34,006 nt of DNA from the IMG/VR virus record IMGVR_UViG_2734482588_000013, one strand, 5' to 3'. This stretch comes from a virus (taxonomy: Duplodnaviria > Heunggongvirae > Uroviricota > Caudoviricetes). The notes under the pieces were generated by a model that was not told the DNA's origin, searched no databases, and saw nothing but the letters and a program-made list of their open reading frames with translations. The position numbers were made by a program, and so were the translations under genes. Below are positions 1-8,571 of this stretch, one piece after another (position 1 is the stretch's first letter; the number at the start of each line of letters is the position of its first letter).

Positions 1-642
1 TCAGCGACCAATCACCACAACCTGACCACCATCACCTTCATCTGCTGTGCTGATCTCCTGAGATACCACACGTGATCCCACGCGCATTTCACCGTACAGA
101 ACGGGCAGAACATTGCCCTGGGCAACCATATTATCCAGTGAAGAAAAATAGGTGTTCTGTTTGCCGTTATCCGTTGTCTGTGTGCTGGGGGTTTTGGGTT
201 TAGGGGCCAGCATCTGTGCAACACCGCCAAGCGTCATACTGGCACCGAGAGAAAACAGCAGATTACTCGCCATAATTCCTACCCCCGGCATCCATATAGC
301 AACCGCCATAACAGCCGCCCCCAGCACAGCCTGAAACACACCGCCACTTTTGGCTCCTGCCAGACGCGGCACGATATGGATCACAGCACCATTTGCCAGC
401 GGTTCATTAAGACGGGCTGATAATTCCGTTTCACCTGTATCACGCCCGGCAATCCGTACCTGATACCAGCCGTCGCTCAGTTTCTGACGAAACGCCGGGA
501 GCTGTGTGGCCAGCGCCCGGATGGCTTCAGCCCCCGTTTTCACACGAAGGTCGATGCGGCGACCAAATCGTTGTAAATCCCCGTAAAGGCAGATGCGCGC
601 CATGCCCGGTGACGCCAGAGGGAGTGTGTGCGTCGCTGCCAT
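1..642 (-). CDS. I: tail assembly protein I (lambda gpI-like)
   Basis: 213-aa ORF whose N- and C-termini match remembered lambda gpI (MAATHTLPLASPGMARICLYGDLQRF... ...VVSQEISTADEGDGGQVVVIGR). Overlaps K by about 100 nt as in lambda. Confidence 0.9.
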   Translation of the reverse strand: MAATHTLPLASPGMARICLYGDLQRFGRRIDLRVKTGAEAIRALATQLPAFRQKLSDGWYQVRIAGRDTGETELSARLNEPLANGAVIHIVPRLAGAKSGGVFQAVLGAAVMAVAIWMPGVGIMASNLLFSLGASMTLGGVAQMLAPKPKTPSTQTTDNGKQNTYFSSLDNMVAQGNVLPVLYGEMRVGSRVVSQEISTADEGDGGQVVVIGR

Positions 643-1283
643 TTGTCGGTATACCTCTCTCGTTTGCTCAGTTGTTCAGGAATATGGTGCAGCAGCTCGC
701 CATCACCACAGTAAATGGCGGCATGATTCGGCACCGATGAACCAAAACAGCACAGCAGCACATCGCCCGGTTGTGCTGATGACAACGGCACCTGATACAA
801 CCCTGTGGCCTCCAGATTATCCAGATAGAGATTCTGACCGTGACGCCACCAGTCATCCTCGCGATGAAAATCCGGCATCTCAATCCCCGCCAGATGATAA
901 GCATCCCGGAACAGCGTGTAACAGTCCGTCACCCCGTGCTCAAAGCGCCGCCCGGTGAGATGCGGCACACAGCGGAACTTATGAATCGTCCCCCGGCAGA
1001 CCAGCCACCACGGCAAATCACTCTGCACCTGCAGCCGCCGGTCGGCCTCACTCAGCCAGGGCAGACCACCGGGGTGGCTGTGAACCAGCGCCACAATCTC
1101 ACCCTGCATCTCTGCCTGCAGCCAGTCCTCCGGAGCCATCCGGAAATACTCCTCCGGCTCACCGGAAATATTCACGCAGGGAAAATATCTTTCCCCCTCC
1201 GGCGTTCTCACCACGAAGCCGCACGACTCCGCTGGCGCACATCGCCGGGCGTGCGCCAGAATCGCTGATTCTGTCTCTGTCAT
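540..1283 (-). CDS. K: tail assembly protein K (MPN/JAMM + NlpC/P60 domains)
   Basis: 247-aa ORF with an HSHPGG JAMM-like motif and a C-terminal Cys/His peptidase region, sitting between L and I as in lambda. Confidence 0.8.
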   Translation of the reverse strand: MTETESAILAHARRCAPAESCGFVVRTPEGERYFPCVNISGEPEEYFRMAPEDWLQAEMQGEIVALVHSHPGGLPWLSEADRRLQVQSDLPWWLVCRGTIHKFRCVPHLTGRRFEHGVTDCYTLFRDAYHLAGIEMPDFHREDDWWRHGQNLYLDNLEATGLYQVPLSSAQPGDVLLCCFGSSVPNHAAIYCGDGELLHHIPEQLSKRERYTDKWQRRTHSLWRHRAWRASAFTGIYNDLVAASTFV

Positions 1284-1288
1284 GGGAT

Positions 1289-1987
1289 TTACTGCGAAAG
1301 TTTGTTAATGGAAAGGAAGCCGCCAAAGTTGCCGACGTTATTGCGGAACTTGCAACCACTCAGGCATTTGCTGCACTTATCCTTCGTGATATCGGACGTT
1401 GGCTGGTCATATTCATCCGCGACCGCCGGGCCATCATAACCGCACTCATCACCGCGATAGGTCCAGGTGCAGGTGTTGGCCAGCATGATACGTCCCGGAA
1501 AAACAGCGCCATCCGTTTCCGTCGGTGTGGACAACACAAAGGAGGCACTGACCGCACTCAGTTCGCTGCACTGCTCTATGCGCCAGCGGCTGATCACCTC
1601 CTGCTCCGGATCGGCGTCGCTGTTTCCGTTGACGAAGTTCACCGCATCCAGAAAACGGGCGTAAACCTTACGCCTGACCACCGTTCCGCCGACCAGACTC
1701 TGCAGGTCTTCCGCCATCCCCGTGACCATGCCGTGCAGGTTAGAAACCGTCAGTGTCGGACGGGCAGCACTGCCCTTGCCGTTCAGTTCAAATCCCGTCC
1801 CCTGAATGGGGTATGCCTGATACTGCCGCCCCTGCCAGGTAACCGGCTCACCTTTTTCGTTCTGCTCATTACAGAAAAAATAACGTTCACCACCGACCTC
1901 TGTCAGATCGATTTCCCAGAGCACCACCTGGGCTGACTGAGTGAGGAGTGTCGTCTCATGATGTGTTTCCTGTGGAATATCCTGCAC
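1289..1987 (-). CDS. L: minor tail protein L
   Basis: 232-aa ORF, same length as lambda gpL, positioned between M and K; the C-terminal Cys cluster is typical of gpL. Confidence 0.8.
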   Translation of the reverse strand: MQDIPQETHHETTLLTQSAQVVLWEIDLTEVGGERYFFCNEQNEKGEPVTWQGRQYQAYPIQGTGFELNGKGSAARPTLTVSNLHGMVTGMAEDLQSLVGGTVVRRKVYARFLDAVNFVNGNSDADPEQEVISRWRIEQCSELSAVSASFVLSTPTETDGAVFPGRIMLANTCTWTYRGDECGYDGPAVADEYDQPTSDITKDKCSKCLSGCKFRNNVGNFGGFLSINKLSQ

Positions 1988-1996
1988 CAGAGCCTC

Positions 1997-2326
1997 CTAT
2001 GCCACGACCTGTTCAAAATCTGCCGTTATGGTTACCCACAGCGCCCCCACGCTTGCCGACCATTTACGACAAACCACCCTGATCGGTTTCCAGTCATAAG
2101 GTGGCGTCCACTGAAATGCGCGGACGCCACCGTGCCGTTCCAGAAAGGCTTTTAAAGATGGGTGTTCACATTTACGAACACGTATCGTCACGCTGTAAGT
2201 CGACAACTGGTTATTCAGTCCCGCCGCACGACGCTGTTCATAACCATCGCCCAGCTTCACTGTCACCACTTTCGGCTCTGATACCACATTCATATCCGGG
2301 CGCACTTTCCAGTGAAACGTCTCCAT
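1997..2326 (-). CDS. M: minor tail protein M
   Basis: 109-aa ORF, same length as lambda gpM, immediately downstream of the tape measure gene with a 1-nt stop/start overlap. Confidence 0.8.
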   Translation of the reverse strand: METFHWKVRPDMNVVSEPKVVTVKLGDGYEQRRAAGLNNQLSTYSVTIRVRKCEHPSLKAFLERHGGVRAFQWTPPYDWKPIRVVCRKWSASVGALWVTITADFEQVVA

Positions 2327-5300
2327 TACCGATATGCTCCACTTAACCGACCACCATCACGGGCCTGCTGTTGCATAAAGTCCGCTGCCGCTTTTTTCCC
2401 AAGGTCATAAACCACCTTCAGGGCAGCCGGACCTATCTGCCCGTTCGTGCCATCGTTATTGATCTCGATGTTGTACTGCGGGGCAAACATCGCCATACCT
2501 GAACCACCAATATCCGCTACAACCCCCAGCTTACCGTCAGCACCACGACGCAGTGGCAGAATGGCTTCAGGTCCAGCTTCCCCCATCACACCCGCGCCTT
2601 TTGCAAAAGCAAAAAACGTCGGACGGTTAACCACCGTGCCACTGTAGCGGCTCAAATCAGCCGACTGATAAACACCGCCATCAGCATTGGCTACAAAATC
2701 AAAAGGCAGCGCGGAAGCAATGCCTTTTACCGCTTTCATTAAAGCTATCTGAGCCATGATTCTGGACATATCTGACAGCACAGAAGAGGTGAAGGATTTG
2801 AAATTGAGTTTGCCTGTAGTACAGAATGTCGCCAGCCAGTCACTCATGCTACTGAACGCAGACGTGAACAACTGTTCCACTGTCCCGGCTGTGTTATCTG
2901 CTTTCTCAGTGACATTCTGGAGTGCACGCAGGACTCCGTTTTTCCAGTCACCCTGAGCAATTTCAAGCTGTTGCCAATAACGGCGATTCTCATTCAGTTG
3001 TCGGTTCAGGCTCTCCGTCAGCGCCTGCTCGGCCTTTCTGTAGTCATCCGTGTTATATGTCCCTTTCTGCTCACTATCCCGCCTCAACTGCTCCAGCTGT
3101 TGCTGATATTTCTGGCGAAGACTCAGTTGTACCTGATATCGCTGCCTCTGCTGATCACCCATACCCACCGTGGCGATATCCAGGTCATGTTGCTGACGCT
3201 GAGCGCGCTCTTCTTCAGCCAGTTGACTGGTCAGCTGAATTGTTTTTTTCTTCAGCTCGTTGAGTGCCGTCTGTTTCTGAAGCTCCTGCTGTTTTACATC
3301 CAGCAGCGTCAGTGCCTGAATCAGTTCATCTTTACGGGCCAGCACACTCTTTTCATCTGCCGTCAGTTTTTTCCCGTCCAGGTCGCTGATGCGCTGCTGC
3401 AGAGCCAGAAGCTGTTTATGCGCTTCTGTCATCCTTTCCGTGGCAATGCCTGCTGACTGTCTGGCAGCAGCAATCTGTCCTTCCACCTGTGCCTGTTGCT
3501 GACTGTACTGCAGCAATAACCGGGTGGCCTCATCATTACGGGGTTCGCGTGTTTTTTTCTTACCGGATGCCAGGGCTTTCTCGTAACGTTCATTTTCACG
3601 TTGTATCGCCGCATCCCTGACAGCCTGATCGGCGTACTGCATGGCATTAATACGCGCAATTTCACGCTGATGTCGTGCTGCTTCCGTTTCATTCATCCGG
3701 TTCAGTGCAGCATTTTCAGCATTACGGCGTTTCTGTTGCTCCTGATAATTCCGCTCTGCCTGCTCTTTTGCATCCTGCAAATCCTTCTGGCGTTTTTTCT
3801 CCTGAAGCTCGTTAAGACGCTGCTGATCGTACTCAACCTGAGAAGATGATGCCGTCCAGGGGAGTCTTTTCGCCCGCGACACTTTCTCCTGTAAAGCGGA
3901 AATCTGTTCATCCAGCGAGTCTTCACGACCAATATTCATGGCCGCATCCCAGAAACGACTCCATAAATCAGACAGATACTTCAGCGTACTGCCCAGCGCA
4001 TTGAGGTTATTATCAATATCCGCAGTACGCCGACCGGTTTCCTCTGCCAGTGCAGACATGGCTATCCGTGCAGCATCACTGGACCGTCCCTGATCCCCAA
4101 GGACACGTATCTGCTCAAGCTGAGTGGCAGTAAGAAAATGCAGCTCATTGTCCAGAGCCTTCGCGGCATTTACAGGATCATCCTTCAGCCGCTTAAACTG
4201 ATTTATGGTATCGCTGACCGACTGGCCAACCGATCGCTCCATCTGTGCGGCAGCTCTCGCCACCATACCGATATCGTTTCCACGAAATGCACCACTCCCC
4301 ACCACCTGAGCCAGCGCACCGGCTGCAGCATGTTGCGTGATACCATTCCCGGAAATAGCACGACTAAGCGTCCACAGCTGCCCGGCAGTGACTCCGGCAT
4401 AATGCCCCGTCAGCGACAACTGGCGGTTAAATTCTTCCCCCTCCTTCTGACCGTCATACCAGGCTTTACCCAGACCATAGACGGACGCGGCAATACCGCC
4501 AATAACCCCGCCAAGCATCATGCCTTTCGGTGACATCAGAGTGTCTATCCATCCGGCACGGTTAGCCAGCGTTATCCCGGATCCCCTCAGCGCCCCTAAA
4601 TTGCCGCGGGCCAGTTCACCTATCAGAACGCCTATCTCCTGGCGGGCCGCTGCACTTTTCAGACCCAGCGAATGCGTGGCTTTTCCTGCCTGCTCCATTT
4701 TGCGGATATACACTTCTGCAGCACTGCTTACCCCCAGCTGGGCAGCCTTAGCACGAAGCAACTCAGAAGAAGAAAGATTCTGGCGGGTTGCCTGCTCTTT
4801 AAGCTGACGGATAAACGCCACTTTCTGTCGGGTAGCCTCTTCCTCAGCCTGCGTAAGAACACGGGTTTTCGCCGTAACCTCAGAAATCAGCGCCAGATAA
4901 TCCTGCTGACCAATCCCGCCACTGTTTCTGGCCTGTCGGATCTGCTGCTGAATACGCTGTAATTCCTGCAGCCCCGCACTGGCCTGTTTCACACTGTCAA
5001 TCTGACGATAAAACGCGGCAGCCGCTTTATCCTGAGCCTCCGCCAGAGCCATGGCCTGCGCCTGTTCCTCGCGCATTTTCTGGCTCAGCGCCTCCATGCG
5101 CTGGCGGGTTTGCTCCACCTCGCGGGCCATGCGTTCATGAGCCTGTGCGCTCTTCTCCACCGTCTGCGCATGGACGGATGCGGCTGTTGCAGCCGAAGAA
5201 GCCGCCTGCATTGTCTGCCGGGCGGCCTGAGTCTGACGCTCCATAAAACGCTGCATACGGGCAGAAGACCGTTCTGCATCGCTGGCTGCACCATTCAGAA

Positions 5301-5382
5301 GGTTTTTGATACGGGGAATTTCATTTTTAAACTCTGCCGCATCAATCCCCAAATCAATGACCAGGTTGGCTATCTGGTCCAT
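2326..5382 (-). CDS. H: tail tape measure protein (gpH-like)
   Basis: Long Ala/Gln/Glu-rich coiled-coil ORF whose C-terminus (NDGTNGQIGPAALKVVYD...DGGRLSGAYR) matches lambda gpH. Start placed at the internal Met MDQIANLVIDLG (lambda H begins MAEPVGDLVVDLS), preceded by GGAGG 8 nt upstream. Confidence 0.9.
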   Translation of the reverse strand: MDQIANLVIDLGIDAAEFKNEIPRIKNLLNGAASDAERSSARMQRFMERQTQAARQTMQAASSAATAASVHAQTVEKSAQAHERMAREVEQTRQRMEALSQKMREEQAQAMALAEAQDKAAAAFYRQIDSVKQASAGLQELQRIQQQIRQARNSGGIGQQDYLALISEVTAKTRVLTQAEEEATRQKVAFIRQLKEQATRQNLSSSELLRAKAAQLGVSSAAEVYIRKMEQAGKATHSLGLKSAAARQEIGVLIGELARGNLGALRGSGITLANRAGWIDTLMSPKGMMLGGVIGGIAASVYGLGKAWYDGQKEGEEFNRQLSLTGHYAGVTAGQLWTLSRAISGNGITQHAAAGALAQVVGSGAFRGNDIGMVARAAAQMERSVGQSVSDTINQFKRLKDDPVNAAKALDNELHFLTATQLEQIRVLGDQGRSSDAARIAMSALAEETGRRTADIDNNLNALGSTLKYLSDLWSRFWDAAMNIGREDSLDEQISALQEKVSRAKRLPWTASSSQVEYDQQRLNELQEKKRQKDLQDAKEQAERNYQEQQKRRNAENAALNRMNETEAARHQREIARINAMQYADQAVRDAAIQRENERYEKALASGKKKTREPRNDEATRLLLQYSQQQAQVEGQIAAARQSAGIATERMTEAHKQLLALQQRISDLDGKKLTADEKSVLARKDELIQALTLLDVKQQELQKQTALNELKKKTIQLTSQLAEEERAQRQQHDLDIATVGMGDQQRQRYQVQLSLRQKYQQQLEQLRRDSEQKGTYNTDDYRKAEQALTESLNRQLNENRRYWQQLEIAQGDWKNGVLRALQNVTEKADNTAGTVEQLFTSAFSSMSDWLATFCTTGKLNFKSFTSSVLSDMSRIMAQIALMKAVKGIASALPFDFVANADGGVYQSADLSRYSGTVVNRPTFFAFAKGAGVMGEAGPEAILPLRRGADGKLGVVADIGGSGMAMFAPQYNIEINNDGTNGQIGPAALKVVYDLGKKAAADFMQQQARDGGRLSGAYR

Positions 5383-5683
5383 AACGCACACCTCCGGAAA
5401 TACCTTCCCCAAGATGCATCAGTTCTTCGTCCGTTCGCTCCGGTATCCCGTTCTCTTCCGGTAAAAGGCTGAAATCAGCCACCGCAGCATCATTGCTGCC
5501 GGACACCATTCTCACGATCAATGCCTTCAGCGAGGCAAACTGCGCATCCATCCACACATCACTGAAGCTCTGCATCCGGAAATAATCGCCCCACTCACCA
5601 AGCTCAGTGGCCGACATTTCCGACAGCATCCGCCGCCAGTCTGCCCGCCGGAACTCCCGGGCAAGCCGCATGACAAACTGCAT
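5354..5683 (-). CDS. T: tail assembly protein T (T frame of a G-T frameshift fusion)
   Basis: ORF in the -1 frame relative to G; the frame stays open upstream into the 3' end of G. Position between G and H as in lambda. Probably made only as a G-T fusion. Confidence 0.65.
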   Translation of the reverse strand: MQFVMRLAREFRRADWRRMLSEMSATELGEWGDYFRMQSFSDVWMDAQFASLKALIVRMVSGSNDAAVADFSLLPEENGIPERTDEELMHLGEGISGGVRYGPDSQPGH

Positions 5684-5691
5684 TTCCCGCG

Positions 5692-6078
5692 TCAGGACTT
5701 TTCCGGCGTCAGCACCTCATGCTCCAAATCCCCGGCATTCTCAATGACTCCCATACCGCTCAGCGACAGAACCATCTCCGCCCCCGCTCCCAGGGCATCA
5801 TACGACCATGTTGTAATAACGGATGCGCAAAGCGTCTCAACATCCTGAGACTGTTCCGCATTCCACAGTGAGCGGGAAACCAGCCAGGCATTGATATCCA
5901 TCCCCATCCGCAAAAAAGCAATCTGTCGTTCAGCCTCCGGCAGTTCTCCCTCTTCGGCATCAAACTTTGCCGTTCGCTGCTGAACAAACGCCAGATATTC
6001 AATTCTCTGCAGCCCGGACAGCTCACTGAGCACCACGGACTGCTTTTCATAATTAAACGTGCCCTGTTTCAGAAACAT
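5692..6078 (-). CDS. G: tail assembly chaperone G
   Basis: Start chosen at MFLKQGTF (lambda gpG begins MFLKTESF) with GGTGGAG upstream. A-rich slippery-like sequence at the 3' end. Confidence 0.75.
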   Translation of the reverse strand: MFLKQGTFNYEKQSVVLSELSGLQRIEYLAFVQQRTAKFDAEEGELPEAERQIAFLRMGMDINAWLVSRSLWNAEQSQDVETLCASVITTWSYDALGAGAEMVLSLSGMGVIENAGDLEHEVLTPEKS

Positions 6079-6094
6079 CATGTTCTCCACCTGC

Positions 6095-6118
6095 AAAAAA
6101 GCCCCGGATAACCGGGGC
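6095..6118 (-). terminator. intrinsic terminator/attenuator between V and G
   Basis: On the minus strand: CCCCGG-ttat-CCGGGGC stem-loop followed by TTTTTT, located between the V stop (6139) and the G start (6078). Confidence 0.55.
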
Positions 6119-6138
6119 AAATGATGAGTATCGTCCTG

Positions 6139-6888
6139 TTAACCTGCTGCGCTGACAGCCACCGCAGCCACTGCCACAAAATCGCCGTCAGAAGTCATGC
6201 CCACAATGCTGACACTGCCCTGCTTCACGCCTTTCACCGTGGCCACAAGCCCGTTCAGGGTCACCGTGGCAGTCTGTGGATCTGTCGAATGCACACTGAT
6301 CGCTTTGTCACTGGCTCCGTCAGGTTTTACTGTAAAGGTCAGCGTGGTGGTTGCTCCCACTTTTACACTGGCAGATGCCGGTGCCACCGTCAGCCCGGTA
6401 ACGCTCACTGTTTCAGTGCCTTCCTCTGCCAGATACGGACGCCCCACACCGCTGATTTTCACTGTGCGGGTCATCACGTCTTTTGAGGCAATGGTTTTAC
6501 CCAGTGAGCTCAGCCAGCCACGGAAAACATCAACAGTGCCGTTGGGATATTTGATACGAAACGCGCAGACTTCACCGGAGTCGAACAACTGAACCAGTTT
6601 TTTCTGCCCGCTGTCACCCGGACGCCAGGCCAGCGTCGCCGAAGTATCACCGACGGATTTCTGCCCCTGGGTTGTCGTTTTCCAGTCTGCATCTTCATCA
6701 TCGAGATAAGTGTCATCTTCTGCATCAGCGGTCATTTCGCCAGGTTGCAGATCCTTCACCATCGCAAGACGCAGCCAGTCAGTGTCCGATAAAGGGTTCG
6801 CAAACGCATCGCCCTTGCCGGTGTACATCCAGAACGTCGTTCCCGCACCTTTCGTTTTTGCCAGTGGATTTGGTGTGGTCATTGCCAC
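6139..6888 (-). CDS. V: major tail tube protein V with C-terminal Ig-like domain
   Basis: 249-aa ORF (lambda gpV is 246 aa). C-terminal Thr/Val-rich beta region consistent with a Big_2-type Ig-like domain; position between U and G. Confidence 0.85.
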   Translation of the reverse strand: MAMTTPNPLAKTKGAGTTFWMYTGKGDAFANPLSDTDWLRLAMVKDLQPGEMTADAEDDTYLDDEDADWKTTTQGQKSVGDTSATLAWRPGDSGQKKLVQLFDSGEVCAFRIKYPNGTVDVFRGWLSSLGKTIASKDVMTRTVKISGVGRPYLAEEGTETVSVTGLTVAPASASVKVGATTTLTFTVKPDGASDKAISVHSTDPQTATVTLNGLVATVKGVKQGSVSIVGMTSDGDFVAVAAVAVSAAG

Positions 6889-6893
6889 CTCCT

Positions 6894-7307
6894 TTAATTC
6901 GTGTACGTGATCTGGTACGTGATTTCCGCCATCGCCCAGGTGGCCATCTCATTATCACGTTGATAGTTAAAACCGAGAGGGATCAGGGTGTCGATGAGTC
7001 CGGAAAGTGCCGGTATATCATTCAGGGCCGGGAAAATGGTGCTCTCCATCCACATATCCAGCTCTGAATCCGGTGCCTGTGCCCGGATGAAGACAGCAAT
7101 ATGCAGAACAGCCTGCCAGTCATCTTCATCCGTCATTTTTCCGGTGTACTGAGCATCACTCAGCCACACCGCCACGGCAGGCAGTTCCTGCGCATCAATA
7201 AATGCCGGAAGCCCGTCAAAAAACGTGGCGCTGTCTCCACACTGTTCCCGAAGGCGTGCCAGTACGGCCTGGCGGATTTGTGTATGTCGGTTCATCGGGT
7301 CAGCCAT
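6894..7307 (-). CDS. U: tail terminator protein U
   Basis: 137-aa ORF with motifs matching lambda gpU (ATFFDG...PAVAV...EYTG...PDSELD.WMES...DIPALS.LI). Confidence 0.9.
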   Translation of the reverse strand: MADPMNRHTQIRQAVLARLREQCGDSATFFDGLPAFIDAQELPAVAVWLSDAQYTGKMTDEDDWQAVLHIAVFIRAQAPDSELDMWMESTIFPALNDIPALSGLIDTLIPLGFNYQRDNEMATWAMAEITYQITYTN

Positions 7308-7882
7308 AACCTCAGTTGTTGTTTCAGTGCATACCCCAGCTGTTTCGGCATTTCCGCAGCAATAATGCGGTCGCGGGCATCTTCAAATGCCTGTGTCAGC
7401 GGTCCGGACAGCGGGACTTTCACTACCTCCACAGGAAGACGATTTTTTCTTGGCCTGCCCTGATGGTCATGCCCTGTTGCAAAACGCGCTTCAGGAAGAC
7501 GCCTCAGAACATGCCAGCGGCCATTCGCCAGTTGCTGAATAAATGCCCCCCGGAAAAAGTATTTTCCCACTCTCAATCCTTCACCAGCACGCCGCCGTGT
7601 TGTGTTCAGTTTGATGGCGGGCAGATTGCCCCGGTTAACGCGGATCCTGGCCGTCATTTTTCCTGACGGACTGGCTTTAAACACCCGGACACGCTGACGT
7701 ACCAGTTTCAGGGGGATCCCTTTCACCTGGTTATCTCCCGCAACGGTATTCCCGGCAACCTGCCGGGTGGCAACCGAGACCGCTTTCTGTGCCACACGGT
7801 TTATCGCCCATGCGCTGGCCTGTGGCACCATACGGGTATCAAGGCTGTTCAGATTGCGGATAGCATTCTCAAGCCCCTTCAT
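7292..7882 (-). CDS. Z: tail completion protein Z
   Basis: 196-aa basic ORF (lambda gpZ is 192 aa) immediately upstream of U. Confidence 0.75.
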   Translation of the reverse strand: MKGLENAIRNLNSLDTRMVPQASAWAINRVAQKAVSVATRQVAGNTVAGDNQVKGIPLKLVRQRVRVFKASPSGKMTARIRVNRGNLPAIKLNTTRRRAGEGLRVGKYFFRGAFIQQLANGRWHVLRRLPEARFATGHDHQGRPRKNRLPVEVVKVPLSGPLTQAFEDARDRIIAAEMPKQLGYALKQQLRLWLTR

Positions 7883-7893
7883 CCCACACCTCT

Positions 7894-8169
7894 TTACTCA
7901 ATAAAGATCATTGGCTTACCGTTAAAGCGTTCATGCCGTGTGACCGTCCATTGTTGTCCGTCATAAACAACGCGATCCCCGCGCCGTGGGCGGTATCCCG
8001 AAGAAAACACCACCAGAGAGACCGCAGGTCCGGACAGAGCATTCAGCTCTGCCAGTGTTTCTCCCGGGATCACAGTCATATCGACATCATTAATCGAGGC
8101 TGTCTTTCCCATCTTTCTGACCGTGGTCGCATCCATACGCGCTGCCAGCCGGGAAAAGGGATCAGACAT
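7894..8169 (-). CDS. head-tail joining protein (FII-like position)
   Basis: 91-aa ORF between the capsid module and Z; the C-terminal RRGD...WTV motif resembles lambda FII-type head-tail joining proteins. Confidence 0.5.
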   Translation of the reverse strand: MSDPFSRLAARMDATTVRKMGKTASINDVDMTVIPGETLAELNALSGPAVSLVVFSSGYRPRRGDRVVYDGQQWTVTRHERFNGKPMIFIE

Positions 8170-8485
8170 TGAGTTTTACCGGCACTTCTTCTGCACTGGT
8201 TCCGGCATCTGCCCAGACAACCCCGACCAGCGGATCAGAGCCGCTGTTAGTCAACTGAACTTTTCCGGACTTCAGATAAACCTTCTTACCCGTTTTCATG
8301 TCATCCGTTTTCAGCTTAGGCAGCATAAACACACCTTCGGTCAGGCCGTCGCCTGTTTCACCCTGTGGAATATCGGTCAGCGCTACCGCAAAAACATCAC
8401 CCACCTGCACCAGATCTCCGCTGCTGATGGCTGCACTGGCAACAATCGCCACCGTTTTTCCTTCTTCTACAAAATTCTTTGCCAT
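8162..8485 (-). CDS. small head protein (decoration/head-completion-like, FI position)
   Basis: Start at the internal Met MAKNFVEEGK with GGAG 6 nt upstream. Gly/Val-rich beta-type sequence directly downstream of the major capsid gene. Confidence 0.45.
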   Translation of the reverse strand: MAKNFVEEGKTVAIVASAAISSGDLVQVGDVFAVALTDIPQGETGDGLTEGVFMLPKLKTDDMKTGKKVYLKSGKVQLTNSGSDPLVGVVWADAGTSAEEVPVKLNV

Positions 8486-8571
8486 AACTGTCTCCGCACA
8501 GCCCCGTTCAGGGGCTGATTTCAGGTACAAAAAAAGCCCTTACGGGCCATCAGAGTTGTTGTCTGCGACGT

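Noticed and set aside
12-5472. Numerous 60-160-aa ORFs on the plus strand or in alternative frames across the tail genes (for example 152..334, 593..958, 840..1268, 2971..3456, 4138..4533, 5110..5472)
   Set aside because: They lie wholly inside well-supported lambda-like structural genes on the opposite strand or in shifted frames, have no RBS and low-complexity translations; they are shadow ORFs.
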